Origin: a virus | Virus record (IMG/VR): IMGVR_UViG_3300010283_000004 | Location: 1-46,729 of that record | Reading direction: 5' to 3' (one strand) | Length of the DNA stretch: 46,729 nt | Shown here: positions 22,708-32,535 of the stretch, piece after piece | Layout of the letters: each line of letters starts with the position of its first letter | How positions within the stretch are numbered: the first letter of the stretch is position 1 | Translations under genes and position numbers: made by a program | Notes under the pieces: generated by a model | What the model was told of the DNA's origin: nothing | Databases searched by the model: none | The model's input: the letters and a program-made list of their open reading frames with translations, nothing else

Positions 22708-24637
22708 AAGAAAACGTACGCTAAGTGCTCCGGCACCACAGCTTCGAAGAGCGAGGGCGCTTGATGCATTTACTAATGTGCTTGCCAGGCTGGGTGCGGG
22801 CACTCCGAACCTGCTGGAAGGCACGGAGTACAGTTTGCAGCGCCTTAGCCGTGATTTCAATCAGCTGAATGCGTTATACCGCGAGAGCTGGATAATACGT
22901 CGTATTATTGACGTTATTCCGGCCGATATGTTAAAGAACTGGATAACAATTACTAGCGGTATTGATCCGGATGTAGAGAAGAAACTCAGTATTTCTCTGA
23001 GACGTACGCAGCTCATCGACAAGCTTAAGCGTGGCATGCAGTGGGGCAGACTTTATGGAGGGGCGCTTGGCGTGATGTTGGTCAAGCATCAGGGCTATAA
23101 TCTCAGTCAGCCGCTTAGGCTTGATTGGATAATGCCTGGGGACTTCGCAGGGCTTCTCATTTTCGACCGGTGGAACGGAGTTAATCCATCCAACGAGCTT
23201 ATTGAAGATATTTCAGATCCTGATTATGGTTATCCGAAATATTACACTGTAACTGATCCTGCCGGTGGTGGTTCTGTAAAAATACACCATAGCAGAGTAA
23301 TCAGATTTACCGGCAACACATTACCTTTTTGGGAAGAAATTGCCGAGATGCAGTGGGGAGCTTCTGTGGTCGAGTCTGTTTTTGATGAGTTGAAGAAGCG
23401 CGATAACGTATCATGGAATATTGCACAGCTGACGTTCATGGCCAATATCCGTGTGCTTAAAATGCAGGACTTAGGCCAGCTGTTGGCTGCTACTGACAGT
23501 GAGTCGCAGGCTGAGCTGCTGCGCACGTTGGAGGCACAGAACATGCTGCTGAACAATATGGGTATGCAAGTAATGGATGCGGCAGATGGGCTGGAAACGC
23601 ATCAGTATACATTCGGCGGGCTGGCTGATTGTTATCAGCAGTTTATCATGGATATCTCCGGTGCCGCTGAGATACCGGTGACAAAGCTGTTCGGAAGGTC
23701 TCCGTCCGGGCTAAATGCTACTGGTGAAAGTGACTTGCAGAATTACTATGATATGATAGCAGAAAAGCAGGAAGCTGTGTTAAGACCTATCTTAAACAAG
23801 GTATTGCCGCCTTTTATCATTTCAACTATTGGCAGTTTGCCGGACGACTTTGATTTTGAATTCGACCCGGTTGCAGAGCCTACGGATAAAGAGCGCGCCG
23901 ACCTTGCCAAGTGTGGCACAGATAACGTTGTAGCTGCTTACAATGCTGGGCTTATCTCTCAGCGCACTGCCCTGAAGGAGCTGAAGCAGCAGAGCGAGCG
24001 CACCGGTGTCTGGACGAATATCACAGATGAGGACATCGAGCGTGCGTCCGACTCCGTGGAGCCGCCTGGTGAGATGGGAGGCATGTTTGGTGGCGAAGAA
24101 CCGATTGAACCACAGGCGTCTGCTTCTGTTAGGCAAGTGAAAAGTGCAGATGCTGCTTTCTGGAGTGAGGCTGATGATTTTAATTCACATCATAGTCCTG
24201 AGAATGGACGATTTTGTGAAGCCGATGGTGTTGGCGGTGGGGCTGGAAGAACAAATAACTTGCAAGAAAGCAAAAATAATGGTACAATCAGCACCAAAGA
24301 AACGATAGCTCCAGAATGGTTTATTAAACAGAACAGGCCATTATTGATGAATGCGGAAATTAAGCAGTTGGGACATGTGCGTTGGATAAGTAAACATGTT
24401 TTTGACCGTATGTGGGAGCGTGGAATAAATGCGGAAGAAATAAAGGATACCATCAAAAATGGAGAGAGAGCTGTTGATAATCAATACGGAGGTTATATTT
24501 ACTCTTCAAACGGGATAAAAGTTTGTGTTACTAAGAGTGGAGGCTTAAAAACGGTTATCAATAAGTCTACACAAAATTTTAAAACTTCTCTCGGAGCAAT
24601 ATTTTTGGAGGCTAAAAATGCTAAAAAAACTAATTGA
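22700..24637 (+). CDS. Portal protein (DUF1073/HI1409-type) fused to a C-terminal DUF4258/RelE-fold-like toxin domain
   Basis: The portal core runs to about residue 475. It is followed by the linker SHHSPENGRFCEADGVGGGAG and then ISKHVFDRMWERGINAEEIKDTIKNGERAVDNQYGGYIYSSNGIKVCVTKSGGLKTVI (about 24386..24560), which matches the DUF4258 pattern S-x-H-A-x-x-R-M-x-E-R-G-I. Confidence 0.85.
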   Translation: MSKRKRTLSAPAPQLRRARALDAFTNVLARLGAGTPNLLEGTEYSLQRLSRDFNQLNALYRESWIIRRIIDVIPADMLKNWITITSGIDPDVEKKLSISLRRTQLIDKLKRGMQWGRLYGGALGVMLVKHQGYNLSQPLRLDWIMPGDFAGLLIFDRWNGVNPSNELIEDISDPDYGYPKYYTVTDPAGGGSVKIHHSRVIRFTGNTLPFWEEIAEMQWGASVVESVFDELKKRDNVSWNIAQLTFMANIRVLKMQDLGQLLAATDSESQAELLRTLEAQNMLLNNMGMQVMDAADGLETHQYTFGGLADCYQQFIMDISGAAEIPVTKLFGRSPSGLNATGESDLQNYYDMIAEKQEAVLRPILNKVLPPFIISTIGSLPDDFDFEFDPVAEPTDKERADLAKCGTDNVVAAYNAGLISQRTALKELKQQSERTGVWTNITDEDIERASDSVEPPGEMGGMFGGEEPIEPQASASVRQVKSADAAFWSEADDFNSHHSPENGRFCEADGVGGGAGRTNNLQESKNNGTISTKETIAPEWFIKQNRPLLMNAEIKQLGHVRWISKHVFDRMWERGINAEEIKDTIKNGERAVDNQYGGYIYSSNGIKVCVTKSGGLKTVINKSTQNFKTSLGAIFLEAKNAKKTN

Positions 24638-24836
24638 ATTCTTTGAGCGAGAAACAGGCGTGACTATTGAAGAAGCGTATAATTTATCGCCAGAAGAACA
24701 AGAAGCAATTTTTGACAAAATGGTAGAAATTGAACTTGAAGAACTCAGGGATGTAAATGATGAGAACGCTCCAATAAGTGAGCGTTGTGCTTTAGCTTGT
24801 AAATGGCAAGATATCATGAATGGTTCGAAAATTTAA
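24618..24836 (+). CDS. Small acidic protein, candidate immunity/antitoxin for the portal C-terminal domain
   Basis: 72 aa with SD ggagg. It overlaps the portal 3' end by 20 nt and is followed by a terminator. Confidence 0.55.
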   Translation: MLKKLIEFFERETGVTIEEAYNLSPEEQEAIFDKMVEIELEELRDVNDENAPISERCALACKWQDIMNGSKI

Positions 24837-24842
24837 ATCCTT

Positions 24843-24877
24843 AAGCGTAGTTAGAATTTTTCTAGCTGCGCTTTTTT
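24843..24877 (+). terminator. Rho-independent terminator inside the head module
   Basis: 11-bp stem agcgtagttag / ctagctgcgct (two G-U pairs) followed by a T7 run. Confidence 0.7.
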
Positions 24878-24892
24878 TGTTGGAGTAATAAC

Positions 24893-25732
24893 ATGAAAAA
24901 ATTTAAAATGCCGCGAGTCATTGAACGCTCTTATGCCAGCGCCATTGACCGCCTAATGCAAGGACTGAAGCGTGAGTTATCTCACGTTGCCAGTCCTTTT
25001 TTTATTGCTGACATAATGCGTCGGCTGGCACGTTCTCCGACTTTTATTCGTGCCTGCGACCAAATCGCACGCTCGATGGCCACGCATCTGTTCCGCGACG
25101 GGCATAAGACGTGGCGTGCCGCAGCAGCTGAGGGCAGCAAGGGGCGAATCATCCGCACCGCTCTACAGCGCGAGCTTGCCTCACCACGCGTCGCAAATGT
25201 GTACGAGGGTATAATCAGTCGTAATGCTGAATTAATCCGCTCTATGCCGCTCACGCTGGCTGACAGGGTGGCTCACAAGGTTGCTAAAGGTTATGAGCAA
25301 GGCTTGCGACCGGAGGCGATGATAGACGATATCCTCAAAGAGTACCCGCACATGACCGAAGCTCATGCAAGGCTCATTGCCCGCACGGAAACGTCTAAAG
25401 CCAGCACGGCTCTGACGCAGGTACGTGCTGCTGAGGCAGGGCTTGAATGGTACGTCTGGCGGACGAGTGAGGACTCTCGTGTGCGTTCTGCTCACGCTCA
25501 TATGGATGGCGTGATTATTCCTTGGAGCGAAGCTCCGGCGCCGGAACTGCTCAACCATGAGAAGTCGCAAGGGTACTACCATGCGGGGAACATTTACAAT
25601 TGCCGCTGCTATCCTGAGCCGCTTATCAGGTTTGACCAGGTGGCGTGGCCAGCTAAGGTGTACCGAAACGGCAAAATCGAGCGCATGGGCATAAAACAAT
25701 TCAAACGATTACTACCTGGAGGTGAGCTATGA
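24893..25732 (+). CDS. Head morphogenesis protein (SPP1 gp7 / Mu F family)
   Basis: WRTSEDSRVRSAHAHMDGVIIPW ... NCRCYPEP is the MuF signature. Confidence 0.9.
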   Translation: MKKFKMPRVIERSYASAIDRLMQGLKRELSHVASPFFIADIMRRLARSPTFIRACDQIARSMATHLFRDGHKTWRAAAAEGSKGRIIRTALQRELASPRVANVYEGIISRNAELIRSMPLTLADRVAHKVAKGYEQGLRPEAMIDDILKEYPHMTEAHARLIARTETSKASTALTQVRAAEAGLEWYVWRTSEDSRVRSAHAHMDGVIIPWSEAPAPELLNHEKSQGYYHAGNIYNCRCYPEPLIRFDQVAWPAKVYRNGKIERMGIKQFKRLLPGGEL

Positions 25733-27009
25733 GCAAGGCATATTTTGGCTCACGAATCTCCGACCACATCCTTAAAACGCCAGAAGGCTTTTTGATTTGC
25801 AAAGATGTACCGATTGCACGCACAGGCACGCAGCAGTATCGAGGCTGCGAATTCGGCGGTCCGGTCGCTGATGGCATTTATAATGTTCAGCGTCCTGAAG
25901 CTGAAGTCTTTGACCGTGCTGCCGTGGCAAGCTTTGAAGGCAAGCCTGTATGCGATGAGCATCCGGAAGAAGATGTAACCCCTGATAACTATGGGCGGTA
26001 CATGAAAGGCGTGTGTCGTGATGTGCGTCGAGGCGATGGCGACTTGAGTAATTGCTTGGTCGCTGATTTAGTTATTTACGATGCTGACCTTATCAATAAG
26101 ATTGAGGCCGGCAAACGCGAGATATCTTGCGGCTATGACTGCTTGTGGAACCCGACGAGTGACTCCAGCTATGACCAGCTGGAAATCCGCGGTAACCATG
26201 TAGCGGTTGTTGATAGAGGCAGAGCGGGGCACAAGGTGGCCATCCGTGATACTGCCGACGATAAAAAAGGAGGTACAAAAATGTCTAAATCTTTGATTGG
26301 ACGTATTCTGCGAGCGCTGGCTCGCGACGAATCTACTACACCGGAGGACATGGAGGCTGCCGCTAAATTGGCAGGTAGCTCTGATGCTGAGCCACGTCCT
26401 CAGCCTGCACCAGCTCCTGCTCCCGCAGCTCCCGCAGCTCCTGCAACACCTGCACCTGCTGCTGTGCCGCAGCCTGACAATAAACCTGCTGCAATGGATG
26501 AGGCTACCGAGGCACGTTTTAAGAAAATTGAGGACGCACTGGAAGCTATCAGCTCTAAGCTGAATCCTGCGCCGCCTGCTGTTGAACCTAAAAAGGACGC
26601 TCTTGATGCTCTGGAGGAAGAGCTCCAAAACAAAGCACCCGCTGCTGCTCCTGCCGGTGACGAGGACGATGTAATCGAGCCGCCTGAAGATATCAATGCT
26701 CAGGATGCAGCGCCGGAAGAAGATGTTGAGGGTGAATGTGCTCCCAACGCCAAGGAAGCACGTGACGCAGCTATGGCTTTAATTAAAAACTTGAAGCCTG
26801 TTGTTGCAGCTATCCCCAATGAGGTTCAGCGCAAACGTGCGGCTGACTCTCTGGCTATCCTCATCAAAGGCTCTATGCAGCAGGATGCTCAATATGGCGA
26901 GCTGATGCAGATGCGTCGCCGTTCCGCTGCGCAAGACAGCAAGCCTGATGATTATGCTCTGGGGCGTGAGATTGCTAAAAAATATAATCCCCATTATAAA
27001 AATCGCTAA
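25729..27009 (+). CDS. Scaffolding protein (DUF2213-type) with a Pro/Ala-rich linker
   Basis: FEGKPVCDEHPE ... ISCGY ... IRGNHVAVVDRGRAG, then the low-complexity stretch PRPQPAPAPAPAAPAAPATPAPAAVPQP. Confidence 0.75.
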   Translation: MSKAYFGSRISDHILKTPEGFLICKDVPIARTGTQQYRGCEFGGPVADGIYNVQRPEAEVFDRAAVASFEGKPVCDEHPEEDVTPDNYGRYMKGVCRDVRRGDGDLSNCLVADLVIYDADLINKIEAGKREISCGYDCLWNPTSDSSYDQLEIRGNHVAVVDRGRAGHKVAIRDTADDKKGGTKMSKSLIGRILRALARDESTTPEDMEAAAKLAGSSDAEPRPQPAPAPAPAAPAAPATPAPAAVPQPDNKPAAMDEATEARFKKIEDALEAISSKLNPAPPAVEPKKDALDALEEELQNKAPAAAPAGDEDDVIEPPEDINAQDAAPEEDVEGECAPNAKEARDAAMALIKNLKPVVAAIPNEVQRKRAADSLAILIKGSMQQDAQYGELMQMRRRSAAQDSKPDDYALGREIAKKYNPHYKNR

Positions 27010-27023
27010 GGAGGCAAAATAAT

Positions 27024-27539
27024 ATGAGTGGTAAAGCAATTGGTATCTCTATGAATTTTGGCTATCCCGGTAACTACGCCCGCACTCCGGACGATATCGT
27101 GGCCAGCCGTCTGTTAAACGAGGAAAGCGAAGCTATCCCGTTTGGTGCCGCTGTCTGCATTAAAGACGATAATACTTACACTGCTGTTGGTGCTGCAACT
27201 ACTGCTGCTGATGTGTGTGGCATTGCGCTGCGTGTTGTTAAGCAGGCAGTGTCTTATGCAGAGCAAAACAAAACCGAGTATCAGCCCTGTCAGTATATGT
27301 CTGTGCTGGAGCGTGGTGCTGCTACTGTTGTATGTAATGTTGGCACTCCGAAAGCTAACGGTAAAGTTTACGTGCGCATTAAAGCTAATACTTCTATTGC
27401 TAATGGCGTAGTTGGTGGTTTTGAAGCTGCAGCTGACAGCACTAACACCATTGAAATTCCGAATATGCGCTGGACTAGCGGCGCAATGGATGCGAATCGT
27501 GTCTGCGAGGTTACTCTGCTGACTCGTGCTTCTGCGTAA
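27024..27539 (+). CDS. Head decoration/cement-like protein
   Basis: 171 aa with a strong SD. It sits between the scaffold and major capsid genes, as in BPP-1-like head modules. Confidence 0.5.
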   Translation: MSGKAIGISMNFGYPGNYARTPDDIVASRLLNEESEAIPFGAAVCIKDDNTYTAVGAATTAADVCGIALRVVKQAVSYAEQNKTEYQPCQYMSVLERGAATVVCNVGTPKANGKVYVRIKANTSIANGVVGGFEAAADSTNTIEIPNMRWTSGAMDANRVCEVTLLTRASA

Positions 27540-27559
27540 TATAAGGAGGTATAAATAAT

Positions 27560-28609
27560 ATGGCAACTGGAAAATTTGGCTTTTATAGCCCGGACGCTGG
27601 TATGCGTAATCTGGGTAATCTTGCCATGCAGAATGGTGGTCGTAAAAGATTCCGCGGCTCTGCATGGGATGCTGCTGCCAGCTCTGGCATGGCGTATATT
27701 ACAGGCGAACTTGAAAAGGTTGATCCTAAGCTGCGCGAGCCGCTGACCAGTGTAACCTGGCAGCGTGATATTGTCGCCAAGACTGGCGGCGGCTGGGTAG
27801 AGTTTACTTCTACTTTTGATGTTGACTATGCTACCTCTGGCGCAAACGCTAACAGCATCACTGCTCCCGGTGCTACTACAATCCCTGTAATGCAGGTCAA
27901 CACCAGCAAGAACATGTTCAAAGTATCCACCTGGATGCACGCTATGCAGGTACCGTTTATTGACCAGGCGAAGATGAAGCAGATTGGCCGTAATCTGGAA
28001 GATTTGCTGGATAAGGGCGTTAAACTCAACTACAACAAAACTCTTGACCTCAATGTATACAATGGCTTCAAGGAGGCAGGTACTACTGGCCTGCTGAATG
28101 ATCCGGAAGTCGTTACCTACACTGTGGGTAATGGTGCAAATGGCACTCCCGCATGGAACACTAAAACCGCGGATGAGATCCTGCATGACATTAACAATGC
28201 GCTGGTGGATGCATGGGCTGCGTCTGAATACGACATGAAGGGCATGCCGAATCATATTCTGATTCCGCCTAAGCAGTATGCGTACATTACCATGCAGAAG
28301 GTTTCCGATGCTGGTAACATCTCCATCATGGAGTATTTGATGCAAAACAATATTGCTAAAGAGCAGGGCGGCTCTATCACCATTGAGCCTTGCCGTTGGT
28401 GCATCAAGGCCGGCACCGGTCAAAAAGACCTCATGATGGTTTACGTAAATGATGAGGATATGGTCAACTTTGATTTGACTGTGCCTATCACCCGCGCGTA
28501 TACTCAACCGTCTGTTGAGCGTGCCGCCATCCTGACTTTGTTTGCAGCGCAAATCGGCCAGGTTAAATTCATGTATTACCAACCTGTCGCATACCACATC
28601 GGTATCTGA
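27560..28609 (+). CDS. Major capsid protein (DUF2184-type)
   Basis: 349 aa with a strong SD, followed by a terminator. It sits in the portal DUF1073 / DUF2213 / capsid gene order. Confidence 0.85.
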   Translation: MATGKFGFYSPDAGMRNLGNLAMQNGGRKRFRGSAWDAAASSGMAYITGELEKVDPKLREPLTSVTWQRDIVAKTGGGWVEFTSTFDVDYATSGANANSITAPGATTIPVMQVNTSKNMFKVSTWMHAMQVPFIDQAKMKQIGRNLEDLLDKGVKLNYNKTLDLNVYNGFKEAGTTGLLNDPEVVTYTVGNGANGTPAWNTKTADEILHDINNALVDAWAASEYDMKGMPNHILIPPKQYAYITMQKVSDAGNISIMEYLMQNNIAKEQGGSITIEPCRWCIKAGTGQKDLMMVYVNDEDMVNFDLTVPITRAYTQPSVERAAILTLFAAQIGQVKFMYYQPVAYHIGI

Positions 28610-28624
28610 TTAGGCAATATTCCA

Positions 28625-28651
28625 GCCAGGCGTTTATCGTCTGGCTTTTTT
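28625..28651 (+). terminator. Terminator after the major capsid gene
   Basis: gccaggcg / cgtctggc stem followed by a T6 run. Confidence 0.65.
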
Positions 28652-28669
28652 ATTTGAGGAGGACAATCA

Positions 28670-28921
28670 ATGGTTATTTTAACTAAAAAACGCTTTGGCT
28701 TTGTGAAGCAGGACGGTATTGAACGCATTGATGCGGAACGCTTTTTGACTAAGGGTGGAATGGAAATTGAGGATGCTCCCGATTGGATTGCAACTGATCC
28801 TCTGTATGCGCTGGCTGTTGAGTCTGGCGACCTCGTGCCGGTCAATGGTAAAACTCCGAAGGCTGAGGCAGAAGCTGTTGCCAAAGCCAAGCAAAGCAAA
28901 GCGGAGGATAAACGCGAATAA
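28670..28921 (+). CDS. Hypothetical head-module protein
   Basis: 83 aa with SD gaggagg. Confidence 0.6.
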   Translation: MVILTKKRFGFVKQDGIERIDAERFLTKGGMEIEDAPDWIATDPLYALAVESGDLVPVNGKTPKAEAEAVAKAKQSKAEDKRE

Positions 28922-28932
28922 GGAGGTGCGTT

Positions 28933-29388
28933 ATGTACCATCCGTTGATTGCGCAGGCGAGCAATATCAAAACGCAGGAAAATCCTTCTTACACCAAGGA
29001 GGACTTCCTGGCATTCTATCCACAGTTTGCTGAGCCGTTGCCGGAAATAGTGCTGGACAGCTTTGTAGAGCTTGGTCAGGCGTGTGTAAGCGAGCAGCGC
29101 TATGGCAAGATGTGGCAGCACTGCATTGGCCTGTTTGTGGCTCATATGTGTACGCTGTACATGCAGAGCGCTGCAGACCCGGGGGCACCTGCTGCTGATA
29201 TCCTTGCCGCAGCTCAGGCCGCTGGTGTTGTTACGAGTGAGTCTGCTGATGGCGTGTCCTACAGTATGGATACATCAGCCCTGTCACAGGACCTTGCAGG
29301 TTGGGCGGCGTTCCGGTTGACTGCGTTTGGCGTGCAGTTTGCTACCTTAGCTCGACTTGTGGGCAAGGGAGGCATGTATGTATGGTGA
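28933..29388 (+). CDS. DUF4054-type head-tail connector protein
   Basis: 151 aa. WQHCIGLFVAHMCTLY is the typical DUF4054 core. Confidence 0.6.
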   Translation: MYHPLIAQASNIKTQENPSYTKEDFLAFYPQFAEPLPEIVLDSFVELGQACVSEQRYGKMWQHCIGLFVAHMCTLYMQSAADPGAPAADILAAAQAAGVVTSESADGVSYSMDTSALSQDLAGWAAFRLTAFGVQFATLARLVGKGGMYVW

Positions 29389-29978
29389 GTGTAAAAACTT
29401 CACATATGACGGTCAGCGGCGGGCTACAGGGCCTTATGGACAGAGTGCAAGCTCTGAACCGTGTTAATAAGCTCTATGTGGGTATCCCGCAGGAGAAAAC
29501 TTCTCGTGGCGATGAGCCTATCAATAATGCGAGCCTGCTGTACATCCATACTCATGGCATCCGGCGTAGGTCCATGCGTGAAGAAATGCAGGGCTATATG
29601 GATCAGGGCATGGAGTACAGCCTGGCTTATCAGTTGTATGTCCAGACGCACGGTTCGCCGCTCTGGCACGCTCCACCGCGTCCTGTAATTGAACCGGCCA
29701 TAGCCAAGCACCATCGTGAGATTGCAGAAGAATATGCTAAGGCTGTAAAGGCTGCTATGACTGGCGATGGAGCGAGGGCTGATGCTTTTATCAAACGCAC
29801 GGGCCTGCTGGCGCAGAACATCTGCCGTAAATGGTTTACGGATGCCGAGAATGGCTGGCCGCCTAACTCCCCGAAAACCATAGATAAAAAGACCAAAGGC
29901 AAGGGCGGCAAAACCAATCCGCTTATTGATACCGGTGCCTTGCGTAAGGCTATTGTTTATGTGGTAAGGAGTGATTGA
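29382..29978 (+). CDS. Hypothetical neck/head-completion protein
   Basis: 198 aa from the ATG at 29382 with SD aagggagg. Assigned by position. Confidence 0.6.
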   Translation: MVSVKTSHMTVSGGLQGLMDRVQALNRVNKLYVGIPQEKTSRGDEPINNASLLYIHTHGIRRRSMREEMQGYMDQGMEYSLAYQLYVQTHGSPLWHAPPRPVIEPAIAKHHREIAEEYAKAVKAAMTGDGARADAFIKRTGLLAQNICRKWFTDAENGWPPNSPKTIDKKTKGKGGKTNPLIDTGALRKAIVYVVRSD

Positions 29979-30351
29979 CGTGGTTAATGTTGGCAGAGTG
30001 GTGCGTAGCAAGCGTTTAGGCTGCCAACGCATTACTGTCAAACGCTATGCTGCGAGCTGGCACGATGGAGCTTACGGACGGGATGAAGACAATCCTATTG
30101 TGCTACAGGTGGCGGCGATTGTTACCGTTGCCCAGCCTAAAGATTTACAGTTATTGCCCGAAGGCGACCGCATCACCGGAGCAATGAAGTTCTTGACGAA
30201 TGTTGAGCTGCACGCGACCAATGGTGAAGCTATCAGCGATGAGCTGGAATGGCGCGGAGCACGCTACAAAATCCTCACTGTTACGCCTGATATTGATTAT
30301 GGCTTTTACCGCAGTATTGGGACACGATTGGACGGTGATGGCGTTGGTTAA
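29971..30351 (+). CDS. Hypothetical neck protein
   Basis: 126-aa ORF. The GTG at 29980 is spaced better from SD taaggag. Confidence 0.55.
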   Translation: MIDVVNVGRVVRSKRLGCQRITVKRYAASWHDGAYGRDEDNPIVLQVAAIVTVAQPKDLQLLPEGDRITGAMKFLTNVELHATNGEAISDELEWRGARYKILTVTPDIDYGFYRSIGTRLDGDGVG

Positions 30352-30922
30352 GAACATTGCTGAATTTGAATCTTTAATGTGGGCGGAGCTGATGGACATC
30401 CTCGGGCATGATGCTAATACAATACCGCCGCCTGTACGTCGCTCTTGGCCAACGGACGGAGGCCCCGACTGGAAGCTTACAGACAACGTGGTCTTTATGC
30501 AGTGTACCGAGGCGGCCGAGGACATCATGCAGCCGATTGATGAGCGTTGGCAGTCTGAAGGACGTGATTTTTTGCGTGAGAGTGCAAGCACACGTACCAT
30601 CCAACTACGCCTGAATGCTTATGGGCCTGCCTGCTATGAATCGCTGCTTAAGCTGCGCCTTGAGCTGCTGCTTGGCCGGACAAAGCTCAAAAAACAAAAA
30701 ATCTATATTATTCCCGGCAAGGATTCCATCCAATATGCGCCTGAACTATTTCAGGGGCGTTGGTGGAAGCGTGCCGATTTGACTTTATATTTTAATGTGC
30801 TAATCAGCGTTGAATCTATCGTGAAAGCGATTGAAGAAGTCAACGTTACGATTAAAGCAAACGAGCCTGGTACGAGTGATGTTATCCTTGAGCCAGGTGA
30901 AATTATTATTAAGAAAGGGTGA
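30338..30922 (+). CDS. Hypothetical neck/tail-terminator protein
   Basis: 194 aa from the ATG at 30338. The ORF-track start at 30200 would overlap the upstream gene. Confidence 0.55.
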   Translation: MALVKNIAEFESLMWAELMDILGHDANTIPPPVRRSWPTDGGPDWKLTDNVVFMQCTEAAEDIMQPIDERWQSEGRDFLRESASTRTIQLRLNAYGPACYESLLKLRLELLLGRTKLKKQKIYIIPGKDSIQYAPELFQGRWWKRADLTLYFNVLISVESIVKAIEEVNVTIKANEPGTSDVILEPGEIIIKKG

Positions 30923-30927
30923 TTTAG

Positions 30928-32070
30928 TTGGCTTATAAATTGGACTTATCTCCGATTGTCGACGTGGTTATCAACCTGTCTGCTAAGGCTGCTGCTCGTA
31001 AGGGCTTTAACCTTGGCCTGATTATTGGCAAGTCTGAGGTTATTCCGGCGAATGAAAGGGTACGTATTTATACAAGCGCTGCTCAAATGCTGACTGACGG
31101 GTTTGTGGAAACGTCTGCAGAATATAAGGCTGCTCTGCTCTATTTTGCTGCTACTACCAGCCCACGTAAGCTGGCAGTGGGTGTAAAGCTGGTAGGGGAC
31201 GAGAATTTAACCGCTACGCTGGAGGCTTGCCGTGCTGCTAACTCTCAGTGGTGGCCGTTTAGCTATCTGGGTGCTGAGGACGTTGACATTAAAGACTGTG
31301 CAGCTTGGTGCGAGAGTGCTGTACCTGACAGCGTCTACATGTATACGACTGCTGATAAAAGCGTACTTGACGCATCTGGTGATGCAAAGAGCATTTTTAA
31401 GGCTTTGCAGGATAAAAACTATCGTCGCAGCTTTGGGCAGTATTGTGGTGACACGGATACTCCCGATGCTGTTGCAGCTACTATGGGCTACGCGATGGGC
31501 GCTAACCGTGGCCTTGCCGGTGATGCGTTTACGCTGGCGTATAAAACTCTGCCCGGCGTAAAAACAGATGACCTGTCTGAATCTCAGGTAACCCATGTGT
31601 GTGGTAGCTCTGAATCTACAGGCCATAACGGTAACGTATATATTACCCGTGGCGAGGAATACGATGTTTTGCAGCAGGGCTATATGGCTGATGGCACGAG
31701 CTTTGATGAAGTGCTGTATCTTGATATGCTGCGTAATGACATTACTCTTAATGTCATGGACCTGCTATATCAGCGCCGCAAATTGCCGCAGACTGAAGCT
31801 GGCGTTACCAGCATTATTAATGTTATCAATGATGCTTGCCGTAAGTATGTAAAGTTAGGCTTTATCGCTCCGGGCAAGTGGAACGGTGCCGAGTGCCTGA
31901 ATCTGCAGACAGGTGATTACCTGCCTGATGGCTATCTGGTGCAGAGCGAGCCTCTTGACGAGCAGTCTCAGGCTGACCGTGACAAGCGCAAGGCTCCACC
32001 GATTTATGTATGCTGCAAGCTGGCTGGTGCAATCGAATTTGTTACCATCCAGGTTAATGTTAACCGCTGA
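30928..32070 (+). CDS. Tail sheath protein (DUF3383-type)
   Basis: 380 aa with a TTG start. It immediately precedes a DUF3277-type tube gene. Confidence 0.65.
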   Translation: MAYKLDLSPIVDVVINLSAKAAARKGFNLGLIIGKSEVIPANERVRIYTSAAQMLTDGFVETSAEYKAALLYFAATTSPRKLAVGVKLVGDENLTATLEACRAANSQWWPFSYLGAEDVDIKDCAAWCESAVPDSVYMYTTADKSVLDASGDAKSIFKALQDKNYRRSFGQYCGDTDTPDAVAATMGYAMGANRGLAGDAFTLAYKTLPGVKTDDLSESQVTHVCGSSESTGHNGNVYITRGEEYDVLQQGYMADGTSFDEVLYLDMLRNDITLNVMDLLYQRRKLPQTEAGVTSIINVINDACRKYVKLGFIAPGKWNGAECLNLQTGDYLPDGYLVQSEPLDEQSQADRDKRKAPPIYVCCKLAGAIEFVTIQVNVNR

Positions 32071-32083
32071 GGAGGCTGTCTGA

Positions 32084-32521
32084 ATGGAATTAACTACTTA
32101 CAGTTTTGCTGATCTGGCTGGCTCTATTAATCATCCGACATTTGGCTCTTACCTGTTTGATGGCACTGGCGTTGGTTCTGTAACCGTCGCTAAGGCTACC
32201 GACCGCACTGCTCATGACATCGCCTCTGACGGTTCTGTCATGGTGTCCAAGATTGCGGGCAATAATGGCACCGTAACCATTGAGGTGCAGCAGACGTCTG
32301 CTATCCATAAATGGCTGAGCGCCTGGTTTAACGCGCTGTGGCAACTACCGACAAGTGAATGGGCAAGCACAAGCATGACGCTGCGAAACACAGCGACCGG
32401 TACCCGCCACATTATCTCTGGCGTATCGCCGCAGAAAGAGCCGGATACTCCGTATCAGAGCCAAGGCCAACGCGTGTCTTGGACGCTGATGTGTGCTGAG
32501 ATTACTAATCTGCCGATTTGA
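32084..32521 (+). CDS. Tail tube protein (DUF3277-type)
   Basis: 145 aa with SD gaggagg. Assigned by size and position after the sheath gene. Confidence 0.65.
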   Translation: MELTTYSFADLAGSINHPTFGSYLFDGTGVGSVTVAKATDRTAHDIASDGSVMVSKIAGNNGTVTIEVQQTSAIHKWLSAWFNALWQLPTSEWASTSMTLRNTATGTRHIISGVSPQKEPDTPYQSQGQRVSWTLMCAEITNLPI

Positions 32522-32535
32522 TGGAGGGCTGAATC

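Noticed and set aside
26390-26470. Low-complexity GC-rich repeat (cctgcaccagctcctgctcccgcagctcccgcagctcctgca...).
   Set aside because: It is in frame within the scaffolding gene and encodes a Pro/Ala linker. It is not an independent repeat element.
27368-28597. 409-aa minus-strand ORF, the longest of many antisense ORFs in the track. Other examples are 472..1257, 10927..11526, 11816..12388, 13047..13942, 14033..14794, 25232..25699, 26068..26628, 29424..30041 and 32865..33419.
   Set aside because: Each lies entirely opposite a well-supported gene (major capsid, integrase, primase, helicase and others). They lack SD sequences and have Arg/Ser/Cys/His-rich shadow-frame composition.
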